Shown here piece by piece: positions 21,201-30,252 of a DNA stretch of 64,000 nucleotides. The notes beneath the pieces were generated by a model. That model was not told the origin of the DNA, made no database searches, and worked only from the letters and a program-made list of their open reading frames with translations. The translations under genes were made by a program, and so were the position numbers. Position 1 is the first letter of the stretch. Every line of letters begins with the position of its first letter. Source of the DNA: Porphyridium purpureum (lineage: Eukaryota); contig VRMN01000005.1 of NCBI GenBank assembly GCA_008690995.1, forward strand, positions 496,001 through 560,000, written 5' to 3'.

Positions 21201-24200
21201 GATTTGCCAAAATTGAAAGTGATCCTCTGAGCACAATGGCGAGCCTATCTGACCGTGACAAGCCGCCCGTAACCTTTTCGACTCCGTTTGTCTTTGCCAG
21301 TCTCGAAGATGAGCGCGCGGGTGCGACGACCACCACGGGAACCGCTGAACAAGGAAACCCAGGCGCACCAATGGACAGAGACGCGACGGGCGTAGCTGCA
21401 GTCTCATCGGACTCGCAATCTGTAACAGGGACTGCCAATATGATTGCTATTCCGGTGCAGCTGGCCATTTCGAACATACTTATTCGCATCAAGCAGGAGA
21501 CAGATCCCAGCGTGTTTCTTCGCGCATGTGATTGCCTAACAGCGCTGCTCAGAGATCCGCTGCTTGTCTCACGTTGTGATTTGCGCTCACTGCTGATCAC
21601 CATTCGCGATGATGTGAAACGTCATTTCGACGGCTCCGGCCAGCATTTGCCTTTGAAAGATGTCGGTCCCATGGGAGACATTTTGTCGGAAAAGAATGGA
21701 GAAACTCACGGTCGCATCATCTGGTGGACAGAGTCGCGTCTGGGCGCACGGAGCGGCTTGCAACTGCTGCGCATGCTGTACGGATATCGAGACCATGTGT
21801 ACGAGTCTGACTTGTTCAGCGTGGTGCATCTGATTTCGAAGGACTCAGAAACAATGTTTGCACAAGCAGACGAATTCCATTTCTTCAGCCGCTACCTGCA
21901 CACTTGCGCGCTGAATGTATCGGTTTCGTCATCGGTAAATATCCGCGAACTGGGAGTTGCAACTCTGATGACAGTTATTTTCAAGTTGCTTGATGAAAGG
22001 CAAGCACAAGCCCAGATCCGCGATGCCGGGGCAAAGGAACTCAACGCCCTTTTGGAATCTTTTCTTATTCCCGCCGTGGAGGCAATTCTCACGTGCGAGT
22101 CTGGTGGGTTTTTGTCACGTCCAAACTTGGTGCATGGTTCACCGCAGCTCGAGGACATCCAGCGCCGTGGTCTGGAAGAACACGACTACAGAGCCTCGTC
22201 AGTTCACTCGCATTTGTCGGATGAGGACGACTTGACGATGCCGCCGTTGACGGGTAGAAATTCCAAGATGACAGACGAGGAAGGCGCGGCGCGTGAATTG
22301 GCGGAGACGAGGCACGCCAGTACTGCTGGGGAAGAGAGTGGTCATCACCAGAAAGATGATCGTGTGCATGACCCAGCAGAGGAAACCTATGCGAGCGACG
22401 ATATTGTGTGTATGTACGGAGATATTTTGTCATCCGGGGAGCAAGCACAGCACGCCAATTTGGTCAAGGCTACGTGTTGGATGGCTGAGTCAGCGCTCCT
22501 GGTAGGTCGCGCGATTGCGCAGCTCTTTCCCGCCAGGGTGGCCTTGAACCTGACTTCCATTGGCCTGGAGCCAGATTCTGCATTGTCCTGTATCGCTCGC
22601 TGGTTCGCCTTGGGCTTCTCCGCGTTCATCGCATTAGCCGCCCAGGTCGATACCGCTTTAGCCTCGCCTGCTCGCAGCCGTCGGCTGCTCCTCCGAGTGC
22701 TCCATAATGCGACCAATTCCACCCGGACAAAGAGTTTCCATTATCGGACAGGGCCAGTGCCCGAGAAAGAGCCCGTCGCTTGCGGATTGCTGTTCGAGGC
22801 CATGGTAGAGTATGCAAGCTCGTATGGGTCGCTGACAGGCCATGCAAGGCAATTATTTCTGGAGCAGCATCCCCCACCTCCGCAAGTTCCGCATCCATTA
22901 CCGCACGGTTTGGAGAGGGACAAGACCGATAGCGGACCTGCAACGAGTACTTCCAACAACAGCGTTCTGTCCTCGTTGCTGCCGAGTGAAAAGGTGTGGA
23001 TTCTTCAAGGGACCGAACAGTTGCTAACGGTCATTTCAGCTACACGGGGAACAAATAAGAATGCGAAGGAAAACGTCGACACGTATACATTTCGCCGTAC
23101 CACAGGCAATGCGCGGTTGGTCGTTGGCCCGTACTTGATGCACCGTCTCCTGCAGACGCCACGATTTGCGCAAAGGACGTTGAGGGCAAGGTCCGGCGAT
23201 TGTTTTCGAGATGATCAGTTGGTGGTGTGTGACGACATGGAGATGAGCGCGATTGCTGGCGTGGGTGTACGATCCGTTGGCCACATGGATAGCGGAAAAA
23301 GCAAAGGGGAAGGAATGCTTGGTCGAACCCGGTCCGACTCGGTGCTGTGGGTTCGTGCTGCTGTATCGGGCTGCCGCGGTGATGACCCTGGCGGAATCGC
23401 GAAAGGTGAGGAGGAACATGAAAAGACGGAAGAGGGTTGTGCAAGTGCCCGAACTGTTAGTTTCGGAAGCATCAGCAGCTCGCAAGAGCACGATGATACT
23501 GAGCCTGCGCCAGAGCCCAAGCCGCTTGACTTGGCTCGTGGTTCAGGTGGCCGTAACGAGCAGCAGTCTCAAGAGACAGCACACCATTATCGTTCGCATC
23601 TTCCCTATGTACTTAATCCTGAAAATCGCTTTCACCTGGCCGCCCTGCTGGGGCAGCGAGTCGTGCCGGATCGAGGTGCTCAGGCAGTAAGCTCAAGCGT
23701 TTCAGAGGAGGAGCTGCGGCGATCACTTTCAGTGTTAGACCGGACCGTACCGGACTTCATGTCGCGCGTCGGTGTTGTGCTTATCGCGGACGAGAAGGAA
23801 AGCGAGGCGGAGATTCTATCGCGGCGCACAATGTCGGCGCATTTCTCTGTATTTCTGCGAGGTCTGGGCTCGTTTGTTCGGCTGTCGAAGGCCTTGCAGG
23901 GAGACATGTATTCCGGTGGACTGGACACGTCCGGACGGTATATCGACGGGGAATTCATGCTGCGTTGGCTCGCGCCAGGCTTCCAAGTGGTGTTTCACGT
24001 GACAACGTTGATGCCCAACAATGAGAAAAGTGGCGGGGCGCGCTGGAAGAAGCGGCACATTGGCAACGACCACGTGAACATCGTCTGGGTCGACTACGGT
24101 GAGTTGGAGGTCGCGGTTGACTCCCTGCTGCTGTCTAAGTTCAATTCTGTGCACATCATTGTCGCTCCGCTTCGTCCGCGCTACCTGCGTGTGCAGGTGA

Positions 24201-24436
24201 AGGTGAACCGCCCGGAGCACGTGCGCGGCGAGCTTATCGGACCTCTGGTATCCGGCCGCGTGTACGTGTTCCTCGACTCTGAGATCCAGCAGCTCGCGCA
24301 CCTCGTGCGACAGACGGCCATCCACGCAAATGCAGCGTGCCTTCGCAGCATGCCGCACTGGTACGAGCGCTACTCTGGCCTTGTGCGGTTCTCTTCGCTG
24401 TCGCAACCCCCACCGCTTCCGCCGCCGCAAGAGTGA
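18275..24436 (+). CDS. Large Rap-GAP domain protein, tuberin (TSC2)/RalGAPA-like
   Basis: 2053 aa; C-terminal YSGGLD, VVFHVTTLMP, KKRHIGNDHVNIVW (Asn thumb); long helical N-terminal region. Confidence 0.85.
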   Translation: MPVRQGLRAFLEAYHRRAARSHASPNAPPQRHASPLSFADLECECCAARARSHAQDGRVELSTRLAPDGECCSRVLLHVAACSLLEPKGATSRALHELLGAPPAPATDEIRSSSDLGRNQSGDASTHESHATQGMQVRAVGWELDFVLRSASKCSQKLQMVKQMLHFEAARQRGCHHDQNDEEQITQDQLNNAEDLCQVDACSHCATLSAQEQTVCRAVVVTFAEAVASFAVLHDRARLWSACADEHQYRSVIREALDHVTKAVYSISVECECDFECFSMRLLATVTLMLLGALVESVKSFHLLRKTKLFERYSISTGDFDAMQLARCLCAAKDKWSSLLLVSSRGTTTGTTVAGASADAAASAGAGAGAGAGMSSRTRSSSDTSGKHDSISLPRELEQPEIEAVEAVVSAITDMRSAPNAGEASVTPMVATVTITNHEVSVTVEHVVRESFHSPLRIPLFSSFVAIVGQFRAIPLESTSGNVDHNAATRAADEAKAVAFENELSWAALRFIGVALFGRVGQRIHAEYDIDINADVGAGLLKILNETNKMAASARAAYGRLVHEVSALTARLMNRTRTHLILSHSPWSPLIELVAVLGKMQDIDRRAIMPAILELASVYLGEPLSKMQDPAFRIVSVDGYNASHSASSGGGGGGASAVPDSFFLIPRERVSTVLGELHALFPPQIVIALADLKFRDVEPWRGVRSYCDVLRTIVIRLFIGDSRVQVRRHALQMLRDAMWTYYGIYDDLLVSDVFMPLLEQLQSQLEIKPRAHRRSVPQVDARRKDILALLRDVCSNLTISESHLKTLLSYLDAVNTNADSASDSPLPNEVDVETEDPSDSEVSDRGTVSAEITIDASLSSINSKKVVRLARNVSSHSSSANDSNSAGESVSDGSSSHTPNKPTVESTELSLHVLAAHATLFIFCKQMMSSANSKALLAFRSALTTHLHFMGDADARALVLNWLTWLRVDPATRNIRFAKIESDPLSTMASLSDRDKPPVTFSTPFVFASLEDERAGATTTTGTAEQGNPGAPMDRDATGVAAVSSDSQSVTGTANMIAIPVQLAISNILIRIKQETDPSVFLRACDCLTALLRDPLLVSRCDLRSLLITIRDDVKRHFDGSGQHLPLKDVGPMGDILSEKNGETHGRIIWWTESRLGARSGLQLLRMLYGYRDHVYESDLFSVVHLISKDSETMFAQADEFHFFSRYLHTCALNVSVSSSVNIRELGVATLMTVIFKLLDERQAQAQIRDAGAKELNALLESFLIPAVEAILTCESGGFLSRPNLVHGSPQLEDIQRRGLEEHDYRASSVHSHLSDEDDLTMPPLTGRNSKMTDEEGAARELAETRHASTAGEESGHHQKDDRVHDPAEETYASDDIVCMYGDILSSGEQAQHANLVKATCWMAESALLVGRAIAQLFPARVALNLTSIGLEPDSALSCIARWFALGFSAFIALAAQVDTALASPARSRRLLLRVLHNATNSTRTKSFHYRTGPVPEKEPVACGLLFEAMVEYASSYGSLTGHARQLFLEQHPPPPQVPHPLPHGLERDKTDSGPATSTSNNSVLSSLLPSEKVWILQGTEQLLTVISATRGTNKNAKENVDTYTFRRTTGNARLVVGPYLMHRLLQTPRFAQRTLRARSGDCFRDDQLVVCDDMEMSAIAGVGVRSVGHMDSGKSKGEGMLGRTRSDSVLWVRAAVSGCRGDDPGGIAKGEEEHEKTEEGCASARTVSFGSISSSQEHDDTEPAPEPKPLDLARGSGGRNEQQSQETAHHYRSHLPYVLNPENRFHLAALLGQRVVPDRGAQAVSSSVSEEELRRSLSVLDRTVPDFMSRVGVVLIADEKESEAEILSRRTMSAHFSVFLRGLGSFVRLSKALQGDMYSGGLDTSGRYIDGEFMLRWLAPGFQVVFHVTTLMPNNEKSGGARWKKRHIGNDHVNIVWVDYGELEVAVDSLLLSKFNSVHIIVAPLRPRYLRVQVKVNRPEHVRGELIGPLVSGRVYVFLDSEIQQLAHLVRQTAIHANAACLRSMPHWYERYSGLVRFSSLSQPPPLPPPQE

Positions 24437-24683
24437 GAAACAATGTATTCCACTCGCGCGTTGTCCTCTTCCGCAAACCGGTCAACTTGCAATTCCCCGG
24501 AACGCACCTTTGGGGGTACACTGAAACTGAACACTATTTAGATAAAAAAGATTCGTTTTTTAACGCGTCGTTTGCGACGCGCCTGCCACCGGCCGAGTCG
24601 GCTTTGGGTGTGAGGCCGGTGTCGAGGCAAGGAGTTGCGAAAGAGCGAGTGCGGGTAAGGTTCGTCGTGGAGAAGGCGGCACC

Positions 24684-25166
24684 ATGCGTCTTGAAAAGTG
24701 CTACGTGTGCTCCAGCACAGTGTACCCCGGACATGGGAGCATGCTGGTGCGAAACGACGCGACGTGTGTGCGGTTCTGCCGGAGCAAGTGCCGAAAGAAT
24801 TTCACCATGCGTCGCAACCCGCGGTACATGAAGTGGACCAAGGCCGCGCGCAAGGCGGCCGGCAAGGAAATGGTCATGGACTCGACCTTTGAGCTCCAGC
24901 GCAGAAGAAACCGTGTGATGAAGTATGACCGCGAGCTCATGAGCACCACGCTGTCTGCCATGAAGGAGATTGAGAAAATCCGCGGCCGCCGCGAAAAGTC
25001 CTTCTTCAAGGACCGCATGAAGGTCAAAGCCAAGGTCGATAAGCGCATGGCGCTCAAGGACCTGGCGCAGGACCTTGAAATTGCCCAGCCGGCAGTTGTG
25101 CGCGAGCGCAAGGAGCTGCGCGAGGCGTCCAAAATGCGTGTGTCCGTGCAAGGTATGGAGCAGTGA
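24684..25166 (+). CDS. RLP24: Ribosome biogenesis protein RLP24 (L24e family)
   Basis: [18 protein letters not shown]...FCRSKC...[11 protein letters not shown]...KYDRELM. Confidence 0.95.
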   Translation: MRLEKCYVCSSTVYPGHGSMLVRNDATCVRFCRSKCRKNFTMRRNPRYMKWTKAARKAAGKEMVMDSTFELQRRRNRVMKYDRELMSTTLSAMKEIEKIRGRREKSFFKDRMKVKAKVDKRMALKDLAQDLEIAQPAVVRERKELREASKMRVSVQGMEQ

Positions 25167-25596
25167 GCCAACTTGAACGGTGTTCTCGATTCCAGAAGAG
25201 CCATTTATCACATCCAACGGGGGTAATGGTGCAGTTTGATGCACGTCAAGATACATTTGCAGAGGGACAAGCCAGTGACAGGGTGCAACTTGCGTCGGCC
25301 TATTTTTGCTGGTTGTCCTTGGGCTTGTATGGTTGCATATCGCCGCTCTCGCTCCTGAGCAGCGCGTACGGGTCAATCTCACTCTCGGTCCCATATCGTG
25401 GAGCTGGTTGTTCAAGTAAAACAGATTGTTGTGAGTACGTTGCCGCGAAACCGAATTTCGAAGGGAAGAAACAAATGATTTGTCGTCAGTTAGTCACCTC
25501 GTTCCGCCGAGTCATCAGACGCGCCGACCTTTTAAGAAAGGCTTGTCAACAAAAACAAAAGAAAAAAAAAAGTGTGGGCGCTTCGTCGCGCGTGGT

Positions 25597-26106
25597 TCAC
25601 GTACGCTGAAAAGCAGTTGACTTGCGCGTGCCACTGTGCACAAAGCCGCTCTGTCCCTGGTAGTACGAGTCCTCCGGGGCTCGAATGGCGTAGAACAGTG
25701 CCGTGAATGCCAGTCCGCTGGCCAGCGAAATGCCTGCCACGAACGTGATGACACCTTCCGCCGCCCTCTTCCTTCTTTCTTTGCGCGCGACAATTTCCAG
25801 ACGCGTTTGGAACGTGTCATCGCTCTCTGCGGCCGAGACAAAGTATCCGGCTGGCTGCTGCGGATCCTGCTGCTTCTGTGGCCTGCGGCTCGCATCCTCA
25901 CCAAAATACTGCTCAATTTTCTCGCGCAGCGCCTTGTTCAGCTGCGAGTCGTCCATGCCTCCAGCGCCATCTTTGGGCGCACGTTCACACATTCGCACCG
26001 GCAGCACGCGCGCGCGACGCTGCACGCCACGGAATCCACGCGCTTGGGTTTCCGCGCGGCGCGTCTCCACCAGCCATACCGCACTACCAGCTCCAATAAA
26101 CGCCAT
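25597..26106 (-). CDS. Hypothetical plastid-targeted single-pass membrane protein
   Basis: MAFIGAG... transit-peptide-like start; one C-terminal hydrophobic helix. Confidence 0.6.
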   Translation of the reverse strand: MAFIGAGSAVWLVETRRAETQARGFRGVQRRARVLPVRMCERAPKDGAGGMDDSQLNKALREKIEQYFGEDASRRPQKQQDPQQPAGYFVSAAESDDTFQTRLEIVARKERRKRAAEGVITFVAGISLASGLAFTALFYAIRAPEDSYYQGQSGFVHSGTRKSTAFQRT

Positions 26107-26999
26107 TTTCGCGACTGCTTTCCCACGCAACCACACACACACTCTCCCCTTCCCTCAAGCGCCATCCAACCTCTTGACGCCAGCTTGTCAGCTGACGCAG
26201 CAACGTTGCACAGTGTACCCTCACTGTACACAGACCAACTCGTGGCCGTTCTCAAATTTTAAGTCTCTGAGCCGATAAACCGAAAGTGGGACGAGTCGAA
26301 CTGTACACTCTTGCAATTGATGGGATGACCACCAGATGAAACCGAACCGATACGGAATCGGATAGGCGAGAGTCAACACATGCAGAGCCGACACGGACTC
26401 GATGATATAAGAGAACGAGGAACGAGGAACGCCAGAAGCGCGCGTGCGATCGGCGGAATGTTGGAAACCTGCCTGAATCGTAAACGGGATCATTCAAGGT
26501 AAGCAAGCGTGCTTGTGATTTTACGGCTGATACCCAAGAAAACGGAAATCTTCCGGCAATATCGCAACGCCCCCCAAACTGCGAGGTCGTGAAATGTTAT
26601 CGGCTGAACCGAGAGGGTACAGTTAAATTTTGGTGTCTCGCGCTTGCTACGAAAGTCGCGTTTGTTTTATAGCATTCCGTGATGTTGCTATAAAAAAATG
26701 CCGTCAGCATATAAAAAGAGTGTGTATTAAAATGACCATTTTGTGATAGTGTACAGTGCTAAGTACAGTGGGAACCATGTCGCGTCGCTGCGTGAGCCGA
26801 AACCTGAGTCGTTGACGAAAAGAGCCGAATTGGGAAACTCGTCGGAAGGGGATTTGAGGAGAGGGAGGGAGGGAGGGAGTCAGAGAGGGAGAGAGACGTC
26901 TGTTGGGGTAGACAAGAAGAAGCAGACGGGTCGTGTTCGTGTGTGTGTGTGTGTGTATGTCTTTGTCGGGTTCGTCGGTCCTTGGATAAAACGTTTGTG

Positions 27000-27869
27000 A
27001 TGCTGGAGATAAAGACAAAGCGTACCGCGCACTCCCGGGCGCTGGCCGTGGCCTTTGCCGTCACCGTGCAGCTCGCCGCAATTATGATGTGTTTCACTGC
27101 GATTTGGATATCGATTACGCCAGACGGTCGGCCGGCAGAAGTTCGCGCGCAGAATGACGCGTTTAGCACGACGCTGCGAAGCCTGCTGTATGAGGTGGAT
27201 CCCGCGAGCGCCGGAAGGTCCAGAATTACGGGCCAAGTGGTGCTGAGTGGATGGCCACTCGAGAATAACGCCTTGCGTCTCACGAGCTCTTGCATGATAG
27301 TCCTGTTCGGGCTCACGGCGTTCATCATCGCACCGTTTGTGCCCGTCAAGCATGCATACGTGGGTTTCTTGGTCTGGTTCGCTCTTGCCTTCATCTTCAT
27401 TGTGACAGCGTTCGGTCTGGACGTCTCCGTCCTGAACGATACTTTTACGACGTGCCAGAATACAGCTTGTCCGGAAGCAATAGGCAATGGCCCCGCTTGC
27501 ACATGCTCATTCAACCCGTGGTACTGGGTAAGCATCGGGTTTGAGGCCGCGTTTCTTCTCATGCTGCTTCTCTCGATCATTGGTTTAGTCGTGGGACTGG
27601 TGCGCGGGACGCCTGGAATCGTCACAGAGGAGGATATGTATTTAGCGGAAAAGGCCAAGACTCCGGAGGCATATCCAGAGGAGGAGGATTTGCCGTATTC
27701 GAACGTGTATGAAGCAGATGAAGATGAGGAAGCGTATGTGCCGCGCGAACTGGACGACGCCGGTTCATCCGGCAATCAGTACCACCACGAGGCTGACACG
27801 CCTGCCGAGGGCAACAAGACGCCGAGTAGGACGTCTTCACAAGACAAAATCTATGCGGGTGAATACTAG
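27000..27869 (+). CDS. Hypothetical four-TM membrane protein
   Basis: Four hydrophobic segments, Cys-rich second loop (CQNTACPEAIGNGPACTC), acidic Tyr-containing tail. Confidence 0.75.
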   Translation: MLEIKTKRTAHSRALAVAFAVTVQLAAIMMCFTAIWISITPDGRPAEVRAQNDAFSTTLRSLLYEVDPASAGRSRITGQVVLSGWPLENNALRLTSSCMIVLFGLTAFIIAPFVPVKHAYVGFLVWFALAFIFIVTAFGLDVSVLNDTFTTCQNTACPEAIGNGPACTCSFNPWYWVSIGFEAAFLLMLLLSIIGLVVGLVRGTPGIVTEEDMYLAEKAKTPEAYPEEEDLPYSNVYEADEDEEAYVPRELDDAGSSGNQYHHEADTPAEGNKTPSRTSSQDKIYAGEY

Positions 27870-27949
27870 GCTGTGTAGTGTGTCATTCTCGCTTCAAAAA
27901 TTCGGCATCCTGCTGTCGATATTGTTTATGATACATATGGGTTTGTTCC

Positions 27950-29977
27950 CTACATCCACCAATTGATTCCCTTAACTGCATTTGGCAATCCCTTTCTGGG
28001 ACCCCTTGCGTAGACGTGCGTGAACTCCTTGTAGTCCGTCTCCATCTGACTGAGCACTTCAGCACCAAATGAATCACGAATCGCCACCTGAAAGCGGCGC
28101 CACCATGTTTTTTCTACCTCGCGATGCTCGACTTGTCGCTTCAAGCGCGCAAACAACACTTGCAGCACCTTTTGACTCTTTTGTCGAACATCCTGCGCGT
28201 GCGATGGCGAGTCATACCGCATCAACTCCACGACGCGAACCGCGGCCTGGCACTCGGCATGCTTCACAAATTGTGCCAGCGAGAAAATGAAGCAGTTTGC
28301 GCACCACGCCAGCTTGAGCCTTTTGCGCATATACAGCAGAACCTCCTGCACACCAAGGCTATGATCCTCCTTCGCGTATGCACGAATGACACGCGAGAAG
28401 ACGAACGCCGAAGGCACCAAATTGAACGCGAGGGTCGAACAGTTGTCGTCTTTGAACTGGCCCTGGGCAACGCGCACCAAAATGTGAAAGGCGCTGTCAG
28501 CACCCCGCGTGTGGGCCACCACGTCCGTGTATGATGCGAGCGTTGAGTAATTCGTCTCAAACCCAGCGCCATTCATCTCGCCCAATGTTTTGTAGTATTT
28601 CACGACCAGCGCGTCGCGCTGAGCCGCAAGTTCGGCATGCTCCATCGCGCGCGAGTATCCGAGCAGCATTTCGTTGTAATCTATCGCGCGCAGCGGCACT
28701 TGTGGAAAGCGGTCCTTGATCTCTTCAAACGCAGTCTCCATTTCGTCAGCCAACCCCAAATGCGCTAGCGTTTTGAACAGCAACAGGTAGTTGGACCGTC
28801 GTGGCTCGAAACCCATACTTCGTGCCTCCTGCAGAAGCGATTTGACGGCGCGATGATCGCCAGCAAGTGAAAACGTGCGCGCCAGATAGTGGTACGCTGT
28901 GTCGCCCAGCTGAACTCGGCCGCGCCGCGCGGTTTCGTAAAGGAAACTCGCCTTCTTGACATCGCCTGTGGCCATGCAGCATCTGAGCATGACTGTGTAT
29001 GCAACCACATCAGGTTCGATCCCGCGCATGCGCATCACCTCCCATGCCTTGAAAGCGTTGGAGTACCGTGCATGACGGACGAATGCTTGCAATAGCTGTG
29101 TCCACTCAATCAGCGAGACGGAGCTCGATAGTGCAGCAATGCTCTCGTGCTCGGCGGCTAGCTGAATCTCCTGGTTTGGCTCGCTCCCTGTTCTGCTCAG
29201 CAACCGTAACGCGCCCTCGAGGTCATCGTTCCTCAGTCGAAAGCGCACCATCATACCGCGCAGAATTTGTGCTTGCTCGGGTGCCAGCTGACCCCGGAAG
29301 CGCTCCATCTGCTCGAGCGCGTACTTGAGACCTGGCTCGTACGCACTCTGCGCGCACGCATTCACGAGCACAAACATGGTTTGAACGGTCGGTTCAATAT
29401 CTCGTGCGCACATGTCACGGAAAGCCTCCACTGCATCAGCAGCTCTGCGCACGGCGCCCAGACCGCGTAGCAAGTTCGTGTAATTCTCTAGATTGCGCAC
29501 GCGGCCCGAGTCCCACCACACATCCAACTCATGTGCGATATGAAGGCTTCTCGCGATCTGATAGGGCCGCACGATTCTGCCTGTTCGATCGTGTCGCAAC
29601 ACCTGACCATTCAGCACGGACGAAGAATGATGTAATGACTGGACGCCGCCGGCTTGCAGCATCACGTCCTGGTAGAGCGTGGCGTAGTACAGTCGGTCGG
29701 GGAACTCTATCTGCTGTGCGCGCCCGGCACTTTCCAAGCGGCTTGTTATTTCATCATCGAGCCGTCGCTTCATTGGGTTTCGCATGCGCTCCAGCCGGGC
29801 GGATAGCATCGGATCGACCAGCTCAGAACGTATACTGAGATCCTTGCCCAGAATCTCCTTGCGTGTTTTGCGCTTGCACGCACGCGCCGACGCGTGCAGC
29901 ATCCGTCGCCCACGACTCCATAGCTCAGACGCACCTTTCACACCCGCTGCTCGTCTCACGCCAGCCAGCGCTTCCAT
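27950..29977 (-). CDS. Pentatricopeptide repeat protein, probably mitochondrial
   Basis: Tandem ~35-aa repeats e.g. MRMRGIEPDVVAYTVMLRCC, MCARDIEPTVQTMFVLVNACA; Arg-rich N-terminus. Confidence 0.9.
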   Translation of the reverse strand: MEALAGVRRAAGVKGASELWSRGRRMLHASARACKRKTRKEILGKDLSIRSELVDPMLSARLERMRNPMKRRLDDEITSRLESAGRAQQIEFPDRLYYATLYQDVMLQAGGVQSLHHSSSVLNGQVLRHDRTGRIVRPYQIARSLHIAHELDVWWDSGRVRNLENYTNLLRGLGAVRRAADAVEAFRDMCARDIEPTVQTMFVLVNACAQSAYEPGLKYALEQMERFRGQLAPEQAQILRGMMVRFRLRNDDLEGALRLLSRTGSEPNQEIQLAAEHESIAALSSSVSLIEWTQLLQAFVRHARYSNAFKAWEVMRMRGIEPDVVAYTVMLRCCMATGDVKKASFLYETARRGRVQLGDTAYHYLARTFSLAGDHRAVKSLLQEARSMGFEPRRSNYLLLFKTLAHLGLADEMETAFEEIKDRFPQVPLRAIDYNEMLLGYSRAMEHAELAAQRDALVVKYYKTLGEMNGAGFETNYSTLASYTDVVAHTRGADSAFHILVRVAQGQFKDDNCSTLAFNLVPSAFVFSRVIRAYAKEDHSLGVQEVLLYMRKRLKLAWCANCFIFSLAQFVKHAECQAAVRVVELMRYDSPSHAQDVRQKSQKVLQVLFARLKRQVEHREVEKTWWRRFQVAIRDSFGAEVLSQMETDYKEFTHVYARGPRKGLPNAVKGINWWM

Positions 29978-30065
29978 CGCGGCCGCTACCGCGAGGCAGT
30001 CAGGCTGTTTGGCACGGACGCCGCGGCCACGGCGCTGACGCGTGTGGCAATTCGGTTTCTTCAAC

Positions 30066-30186
30066 CGGCTAAACGGCTTATTCGTCCAAAACCATTAACC
30101 ACAAACCATGAGCTGTTAACCATAAACCGTAAACCGTCATCCAAAACCCACAAGCCGTTAATACGAAGCCGTTATCCACAAACCGA
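30066..30186. repeat. Degenerate array of AACCRY/GCCGTT units in the PPR/SUT divergent gap
   Basis: About a dozen variants, e.g. AAACCAT, TAACCAC, TAACCAT, AAACCGT AAACCGT, GCCGTTA x2. Confidence 0.6.
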
Positions 30187-30252
30187 AGACGCCAGGAAGC
30201 GAGATTACTAGGCGCCACACGCCTTGCGCATGACCTAGGTGCGTAAAACGGG

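Noticed and set aside
26495..26505. AAG|GTAAGC donor-like site
   Set aside because: No convincing acceptor or coding continuation found
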